Assembly: GCA_024102815.1 (NCBI GenBank)
Contig: JAGFJJ010000069.1
Location: forward strand, 14,950 to 78,949
Length of the DNA: 64,000 nt
Direction of reading: 5' to 3'
Source of the DNA: Phycisphaerae bacterium
GTDB taxonomy: Bacteria; Planctomycetota; Phycisphaerae; UBA1845
This document shows positions 58,081-64,000 of this stretch, one piece after another (position 1 is the stretch's first letter; every line of letters starts with the position of its first letter). The translations under genes and the position numbers were made by a program. The notes beneath the pieces were generated by a model. That model did no database searches. It was not told the DNA's origin and saw nothing but the letters and a program-made list of their open reading frames with translations.

Positions 58081-58599
58081 ATCCAGTTGCTCCCGTGCCT
58101 CGGTTACCAGTGTATCGGCTGAGGCGCGTCCATCGCAAGAATGGCGCGGCTAAAGATCTGGGGAGACTCCAAGGTCGCGGTCCGGCGGCAGGATCGCACT
58201 CTGGAAACCAAAACGGGGCCGCGTCACACAATTAGCGATACTGCGTTATCGGACAAGCGGCTCCCGGGGGGAGCGATGAGCAGCGTTGTCGATTCTCCGG
58301 TTCCTGAAGGGATGTCGAAGCTTGTCGCGAGGTGTCGCCCGCATCGAGGCAGCTGAGCGCATGATCGTCACGCTCCTGTCACATTCGCGGGATGTGCCGA
58401 CAGTTCGTGTTAGAGTAAGTCGTCTTCAAGATCGTGCTGATTTGCCGGAGTGTTTAACGAAACACCTGCGTATCACGTGATGTGTGAAGGGTTGACTCTT
58501 CTACCATCGGAGGGTGGTCTATGCATGAACTGCGCAGGCTGCCGAAGGGGCGCCGCAGCGTAGGGCAGTCGCCGTGACTTACGAAGGAGTCGAAGGTTC

Positions 58600-59598
58600 A
58601 TGATCACCGCGCAAGTGGATGTGAAGCAGATCGGCGCTCAGGTGGCGGAGCGCAGCCAGCCGTTTCGGTTGCTCCTCGAACAGATGCATCGCGTGATCGT
58701 CGGTCAGGATCAGCTATTGCACCGCATGTTCGTTGGGTTGCTATCCAATGGTCATCTACTGATCGAGGGTGTGCCGGGCCTGGCGAAAACGACCGCAGTG
58801 GCGTGCCTGGCGCGCGGAATCCGGACGAGCTTCCAGCGATTGCAGTTCACTCCGGACCTTCTTCCGGCGGACCTGATCGGCACGATGATCTATCGCCCGA
58901 ACGTGGGCGACTTCGTGGTGCAGAAGGGGCCGATCTTCGCGAATCTGATCCTCGCGGACGAGATCAACCGCGCTCCGGCGAAAGTGCAGTCGGCGCTGCT
59001 GGAGGCCATGCAGGAACGGCAGGTTACGATTGGGAAAGAGACGTTCACGCTCGACGAGCCTTTCCTGGTCCTGGCGACACAAAACCCCATCGAGCAGGAA
59101 GGAACGTATCCGCTTCCGGAGGCGCAGGTTGACCGCTTCATGATGAAGGTCGTGGTGAATTATCCGAACCGCGACGAAGAGCGGATGATTCTGGACCGCA
59201 TGGCCACGACGGCGCCGGACCTGGACATCGAGCCGGTCATGGCCCCCTCCGACATCGCCGACGCCCGCGCCGTGGTGGACGAGATTTACATTGATGACAA
59301 GATCAAGGACTACGTGGTCGATCTCGTGCATGCGACGCGCGACCCGAAGTCATTCGGGCTTTCCATCAAGGATTGGATCCAGTTCGGGGCGTCGCCGCGG
59401 GCGACGCTGGCGCTGACGCTCGGTGCCAAGGCGACGGCGTTCCTGTCCGGTCGCGGGTACGTGACCCCGCAGGACGTCAAGACCGTGGCCATGGATGTCC
59501 TTCGCCACCGGGTCATTCTGACCTACGAGGCCGAAGCCGAAGAGAAGTCCTCGGACGACGTGGTCCGCACCATCCTGGAAAATGTTCCCGTCCCATGA
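58600..59598 (+). CDS. MoxR-family AAA+ ATPase
   Basis: Walker A GVPGLAKTT, Walker B LILADEINRA, sensor motifs; 332 aa. Confidence 0.85.
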   Translation: MITAQVDVKQIGAQVAERSQPFRLLLEQMHRVIVGQDQLLHRMFVGLLSNGHLLIEGVPGLAKTTAVACLARGIRTSFQRLQFTPDLLPADLIGTMIYRPNVGDFVVQKGPIFANLILADEINRAPAKVQSALLEAMQERQVTIGKETFTLDEPFLVLATQNPIEQEGTYPLPEAQVDRFMMKVVVNYPNRDEERMILDRMATTAPDLDIEPVMAPSDIADARAVVDEIYIDDKIKDYVVDLVHATRDPKSFGLSIKDWIQFGASPRATLALTLGAKATAFLSGRGYVTPQDVKTVAMDVLRHRVILTYEAEAEEKSSDDVVRTILENVPVP

Positions 59599-60470
59599 TT
59601 CCGCGCGAAGTTCTCAAGAAGGTGCGCCAGATTCAGATCCGCACCTCGCGGACGGTGAATGATGTATTGGCGGGGCGGTATCACTCGGCATTTCGAGGCC
59701 GGGGGATGGAGTTCGAGGAGGTCAGCCCATACCAGTACGGTGACGACGTGCGCCTCATCGACTGGAACGTCTCGGCGCGCTACGGCGAACCGTTCATCAA
59801 GAAATTCCGTGAAGAACGGGAGTTGACGGTCATGCTCGTGGTCGACGCGAGTCCCTCGGGACTTTTCGGCAGCGGGCGGCAATTCAAACTCGATGTGGCG
59901 GCGGAGCTGGGAGCCGTGCTGGCGTTCTCGGCCATTCGCAGCAACGACAAGGTGGGCCTGATCCTCTTTACCGACCGCGTTGAGCAGTACGTACCGGCGA
60001 AGAAGGGCACACGCCATGTGCTCCGCATCATCCGCGAGCTGCTCTATCACAAACCCCAGGGCCGTGGGACGGATATTGCCGAAGCGATGGCGTTTCTGAA
60101 CAGGGTGACGGTACGGAAGTCGGTGTGCTTCCTGATCAGCGACTTCCTGGCAGGCGGATATGAGCAGACGTTGCGCGTCGCTGCCCGGCGCCATGATCTC
60201 ATTCCATTGGTCATGAGCGATCCGCGGGAGTGGGAGCTTCCGAACGTCGGGCTGATTGAATTGGAGGATCCGGAGTCCGGGGAAGTCCTGCTGGCCGATA
60301 CGTCGAGCCGGCGCGTTCGCGCTCGATTCGCGGAGCGCATGAGACGGCTCAGTGCTGCACGGGACACGATGTTTCGACGCATGGACACAACGGCCATTCC
60401 TATTCGTACGGATCAGCCTTATGTCGAACCACTCGTTCGGTTCTTCCGCGATCGAGAGCGACGCCGGTAG
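59595..60470 (+). CDS. DUF58-domain protein (MoxR-partner, VWA-like fold)
   Basis: GMEFEEVSPYQYGDDVRLIDWNVSAR is the DUF58 signature; ATG overlaps the MoxR stop (ATGA). Confidence 0.75.
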   Translation: MIPREVLKKVRQIQIRTSRTVNDVLAGRYHSAFRGRGMEFEEVSPYQYGDDVRLIDWNVSARYGEPFIKKFREERELTVMLVVDASPSGLFGSGRQFKLDVAAELGAVLAFSAIRSNDKVGLILFTDRVEQYVPAKKGTRHVLRIIRELLYHKPQGRGTDIAEAMAFLNRVTVRKSVCFLISDFLAGGYEQTLRVAARRHDLIPLVMSDPREWELPNVGLIELEDPESGEVLLADTSSRRVRARFAERMRRLSAARDTMFRRMDTTAIPIRTDQPYVEPLVRFFRDRERRR

Positions 60471-60482
60471 AGGTGGTGTGCA

Positions 60483-61682
60483 ATGATGGTGCGGCCGCAA
60501 CCACGTCAAATCAGCCGGCGCCCCAAGCCGAATTCAGGGCGTCTACCTGCCGATTGGCGGTTACGCATGGTCCTCGCGGCATGTTTCGCGGGTTCGCTGG
60601 CAATCATTGGTGGATGCGGTGGAAAGCAGCCGGCGGCTGAGAACGAATCGAAGCCGCTGGAACTCGCGGCGAAATCAACGGACGGCGCCGTGGAACTCCG
60701 CCTGACGGTTTCACCGGCCGAGCTGACGGCGGGACAGTCGGCAACCGTAACGGTCGAAGCTGTGGCCGACGCGCGGTATGTCGTGACGCTATCTGACTAC
60801 GCCGTTGCGCTGGGGCAGAGCGAGCACGCCTACGATTGGCGGGTTACACGGCAGGAGCGGCAATCCAGTCTGCCGGTCGGAGAGGACCGGCTTGCGTGGC
60901 GACAAACGTACCAGATCGAATTCCTGCTGCCCGGCGAATACGAATTGCCCGCGGCCACGCTGTACTATGCGCCTCCGATCGGCAAGGGCGAGGAAGGTGA
61001 GTTGCAGACGCTGAAGACGGGGGCGGCCGATGTCACCGTGGTTGATGCCGGCGGCACGGCAACCGCCGAGGCTGAACTCCGCAAGATCCTCGTGCTCGAC
61101 CCCGTGGAGCTACCCCCGCGATGGAGCCGGTGGTGGTGGCTTGGGCCGTTGCTGGCGATCGGTGCCGTTGCGATCAGCGGAGCGCTTATTTTCCTGCTCT
61201 CGCGATGGCTTCCGGCGCTGCGGCGGTGGCTGGAGGGCATGCGAACGCGCGTGACCGGCGTGGCCGCGCCCGCCGAGCCGGCTCCACCCGCGCACGTCTG
61301 GGCACGTCAGAGGCTGGCTGAGTTGCTCGCCCGCGATTACCTCACGCGCGAGATGTTCCGCGAATTTCACTACGAGCTCAGCGATATCGTCCGCGGGTAT
61401 ATCGAACGGCGGTTCCACGTCAGCGCTCCGGAAATGACCACGGAGGAGTTCCTTGCCGCGGCCGCAATGGACGGCCGCTTCGGAATGGAGCTTTCCGACG
61501 AGTTGGGACGGTTTCTCGAAGCGTGCGATCTGGTGAAATATGCCGCCTATCGCCCGGGTCGGGCGCAGGCCGAGGCACTGGTCTCTGCAGCGAATGAGTT
61601 TGTTGATCGTACAACGGCAGTCCAGCCAATTGCAGAAGGAAACGGCCGCGCTCCACACCGTGATATCGCGGCGGCGCGATGA
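60483..61682 (+). CDS. Hypothetical membrane protein of Bat-like operon (DUF4381/BatD-like position)
   Basis: Lipoprotein-like N-terminus (IGGCGG), a TM helix (WWWLGPLLAIGAVAISGALIFLL) and a C-terminal soluble domain; lies between DUF58 and the VWA genes. Confidence 0.45.
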   Translation: MMVRPQPRQISRRPKPNSGRLPADWRLRMVLAACFAGSLAIIGGCGGKQPAAENESKPLELAAKSTDGAVELRLTVSPAELTAGQSATVTVEAVADARYVVTLSDYAVALGQSEHAYDWRVTRQERQSSLPVGEDRLAWRQTYQIEFLLPGEYELPAATLYYAPPIGKGEEGELQTLKTGAADVTVVDAGGTATAEAELRKILVLDPVELPPRWSRWWWLGPLLAIGAVAISGALIFLLSRWLPALRRWLEGMRTRVTGVAAPAEPAPPAHVWARQRLAELLARDYLTREMFREFHYELSDIVRGYIERRFHVSAPEMTTEEFLAAAAMDGRFGMELSDELGRFLEACDLVKYAAYRPGRAQAEALVSAANEFVDRTTAVQPIAEGNGRAPHRDIAAAR

Positions 61683-61697
61683 GGCCAAAGACCGGAT

Positions 61698-62813
61698 ATG
61701 TGGTCGAGGGTGATTGAGTTTCTTCAGGATCGCTTCGCACCGGGACCGTTGTTCGCCTGGTTGTGCGTGGGGTTCCTCGTGGCTATCCCGCTGATCTGGC
61801 TGCGCGCCCGGTGGTTGCGTACGCGGGCGACGATGCGATACAGCGGAACGCCCTTCCTGCGCACGATTGGATCGACCTGGATCACCCGTCTGCGAAGCCT
61901 GCCGCTGCTCTTGAGGACTTTGGCAATCGTCGCATTGGTTGTCGCTCTCGCCCGCCCTCAGGCAGGAGGAGAGTATCGTGCCACGCGCGAGGGCATCGCG
62001 ATCCAGATGGTGCTTGATGTGTCGGGCAGCATGGCTACGGAGGACTTCGTCATCGACCAGCGTCGCGTGCGGCGGCTCGACGCGGTCAAACGCGTATTCG
62101 AAGATTTTGTCCTGGGTCGAGGGCCTCTGCCCGGGCGCGAGAATGATCTCATCGGCATGACCACCTTCGCGATGTACGCCGACACGCGATGCCCGCTCAC
62201 GCTCGACCACGGCAGCCTCATCGACTTGCTGCATGCCACGGAGATTCCCGGATGGGTGAACGGGCGACAGGTTCGGGACGACCCCGAGGCGGAGAACACG
62301 GCGCTGGGCGATGCAATTGTCAAGGCGACCGACGATCTCCGCCGTGCAGGAGAGCTGGCCGCCGCCGGCGTACCCGGCGCGGAACCGGCCAAGAGCCGCA
62401 TCATGATTCTCCTGACGGACGGTCAGGACAACCCGGCCAAGCAATTCGCGGAGACATCGCCCGATCCGGTGGAGGCGGCGCGGGTCGCCGCGACGTTGGG
62501 CATTCGGATTTACACCATCGGGGCAGCGGGCAACGCTCCGCAGCGGCGCGGCCTGTTCATGCGTGCCGCCGAGGTTGACGAGGTAACGCTGCAACGAATC
62601 GCCGATGCGACGGGCGGCAAGTATTTCCGTGCCACCGATACGGAGTCGCTGGTGACCATCTACGACGAAATCGATCGGCTGGAACGCGTCCAGACCGGGG
62701 AGCGTGTGTACCAGGACGACGTATTCGCCGCGAACGTCGCCATGTTGACCGGGTTATCGCTGTTGCTGCTTGAATTGCTCCTGAGCCAAACGCGCTTTCG
62801 AAGACTGCCATGA
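61698..62813 (+). CDS. VWA-domain membrane protein (BatA-like)
   Basis: N-terminal TM helices, then a VWA MIDAS motif (DVSGSM) with conserved downstream Thr and Asp. Confidence 0.75.
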   Translation: MWSRVIEFLQDRFAPGPLFAWLCVGFLVAIPLIWLRARWLRTRATMRYSGTPFLRTIGSTWITRLRSLPLLLRTLAIVALVVALARPQAGGEYRATREGIAIQMVLDVSGSMATEDFVIDQRRVRRLDAVKRVFEDFVLGRGPLPGRENDLIGMTTFAMYADTRCPLTLDHGSLIDLLHATEIPGWVNGRQVRDDPEAENTALGDAIVKATDDLRRAGELAAAGVPGAEPAKSRIMILLTDGQDNPAKQFAETSPDPVEAARVAATLGIRIYTIGAAGNAPQRRGLFMRAAEVDEVTLQRIADATGGKYFRATDTESLVTIYDEIDRLERVQTGERVYQDDVFAANVAMLTGLSLLLLELLLSQTRFRRLP

Positions 62814-63976
62814 AACGGACGGGACTCTATCCTTTTTGGACCTGGGTTTTCTGGGCGCTCGGGTTGCCGCTGCTGCTGATGGCGCTGGCCATTGTGGTCG
62901 TTGCGTCGACAGACCTGGGGAATGTGCCGTTCGATCATCCCGGTCTGTGGTGGCTGGGTGGCGCCGTTCCGCTTGGTTCTCTGCTCGTTCTTTTCGGGGT
63001 GTATCGGCGCGCCCGGGCCCTGAGGCGCTTCAGCCAGGCCGAGTTGGCGGAACTGCTTGCGGCACGGGTCAGCCCCGGACGCCAGGCCGTGCGGGCGGGT
63101 CTGTTTCTCACGGCCTTGCTGCTGTTGGTTGCGGCGATACTGGGGCCGCGTTGGGGAGAGTCCGTTGAGAAGCGCCAGGTACACGGGGTCGATATTGTTG
63201 TGGCGCTCGATCTGTCCCGCTCCATGCTCGCAGAAGATCTGAGTCCGAATCGCCTCGAATATGCACGACAGGCGATTCGTCAGCAATTGACGGAGCGTCC
63301 GATCTTTCGAAGGGCGAATCGACTGGCCCTGGTGGTCTTTGCCGGTACGGCGTCGCTGCGGATTCCGCTGACGACCGATCACCTGGCGTTTCGGGAGAAG
63401 CTCGAACAGGTTCGCTACGGGGACGTGCCTCGAGGTGGGACTGATATTACCACGGCGATCACGGCCGCGCAAGACCTGTTCCGTGCTTCGCCGCCGGAGG
63501 CGACGCGCGCCATTCTGCTGTTCACCGATGGAGAGGATCACGAGGGCGATGCGGTTGCCGCCGCCAAGGCCGCGTACGACGACGACGGCATTCGGGTATT
63601 CACCGTGGGTATTGGCGATCCGGCATCCGTCTCGGGGGCGCAAGTGCCGGCGCAGCCGGGAGCATCGTCCAAGCCCCTGTTGTACGACGGCCAGATCGTG
63701 TTCTCGAAACTCGACGTGGACGGTCTGCGCAGAATTGCTTCGGCGGGCGGGGGGGACTACGCACCCGTACAGGGGCTTTACCGACTGGTCAGCGAGATCG
63801 CCAACCTCTGGACCGCGCAACTTTCCACGGAGGAGCGCCGCATCCATCTCCCGCGGTACCAGTATTTCCTGTCAGCAGCCATGTTGCTCCTGGTGATCGA
63901 GGCGTTCATGGCCGACCATCGCCGGGGTCGTGCGCCTTTGCCCCGACGATCCTGGATGCAGGAGGGTACGGCATGA
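62810..63976 (+). CDS. VWA-domain membrane protein (BatB-like)
   Basis: TM helices; VWA MIDAS DLSRSM ... LFTDGEDHEGD; start overlaps the upstream stop. Confidence 0.75.
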   Translation: MKRTGLYPFWTWVFWALGLPLLLMALAIVVVASTDLGNVPFDHPGLWWLGGAVPLGSLLVLFGVYRRARALRRFSQAELAELLAARVSPGRQAVRAGLFLTALLLLVAAILGPRWGESVEKRQVHGVDIVVALDLSRSMLAEDLSPNRLEYARQAIRQQLTERPIFRRANRLALVVFAGTASLRIPLTTDHLAFREKLEQVRYGDVPRGGTDITTAITAAQDLFRASPPEATRAILLFTDGEDHEGDAVAAAKAAYDDDGIRVFTVGIGDPASVSGAQVPAQPGASSKPLLYDGQIVFSKLDVDGLRRIASAGGGDYAPVQGLYRLVSEIANLWTAQLSTEERRIHLPRYQYFLSAAMLLLVIEAFMADHRRGRAPLPRRSWMQEGTA

Positions 63977-64000
63977 CCCTTCGAATGGCTTTGATCAGCT
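63973..64000 (+). CDS. Start of next Bat-operon gene (3' truncated by window)
   Basis: ATG 63973 (MTLRMALIS) overlaps the upstream stop (ATGA); only 9 codons visible. Confidence 0.3.

Noticed and set aside
58420-58480. Small palindromes GTGTTTaacgAAACAC and ATCACGTGAT upstream of the MoxR operon
   Set aside because: They are short enough to occur by chance and there is no second copy. They are noted but not called as a feature.
61110-62594. 494-aa minus-strand ORF antisense to the Bat-like membrane/VWA genes
   Set aside because: It is a shadow frame. The plus-strand genes show MIDAS motifs and operon coupling.
1-64000. Search for tRNA/rRNA, CRISPR arrays, transposases or integrases
   Set aside because: No T-loop-like GGTTCGAATCC-type signatures in non-coding gaps, no regularly spaced direct repeats, and no transposase/integrase-like ORFs. 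The window appears free of these.

Overview
This 64 kb window is a high-GC (about 65% by eye), densely coding stretch of bacterial chromosome with genes on both strands. I found no rRNA, tRNA, CRISPR array, transposase or integrase. Gene content (PEP-CTERM proteins, dockerin-like secreted repeat proteins, a Bat-like MoxR/DUF58/VWA operon, sigma-28-like factor, PilT) is consistent with a Planctomycetota-like or related environmental bacterium, but that is only an impression.

The most interesting region is the 5' end (1-6581). It is a tightly coupled operon with overlapping stop and start codons, encoding: a PhoU-like/aminoglycoside-phosphotransferase-like kinase (5' truncated by the window edge); a RimK-like ATP-grasp ligase; an HprK-related P-loop kinase; and a CofD/YvcK-like phosphotransferase. 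This matches the uncharacterized 'GAK system' cassette as I remember it from TIGRFAMs. Here it is immediately followed by KDPG aldolase (eda) and a LarA (lactate racemase) family gene. I read the whole as a candidate small-molecule cofactor or tail-assembly pathway (phospho-transfer plus glutamylation, fed by pyruvate/lactate) with no known product.

Other notable items:
- A BNR-repeat surface protein split by a single in-frame TAG codon.
- A 164-bp duplicate of the flotillin 3' end that, with the original, brackets a 3.7 kb segment.
- A low-GC islet carrying hicBA.
- A tandem inverted-repeat operator candidate in front of a CopG-like RHH regulator and TauE exporter.
- A HemL-like aminotransferase lacking the PLP lysine.
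- An EF-G paralog with a non-canonical G4 motif.
- A 20-bp perfect palindrome in an AT-rich intergenic gap.

Many long antisense ORFs in the ORF track are GC-driven shadow frames and were rejected. Coordinates below include the stop codon and are derived from the ORF track with start sites adjusted by inspection; start sites are the least certain part.
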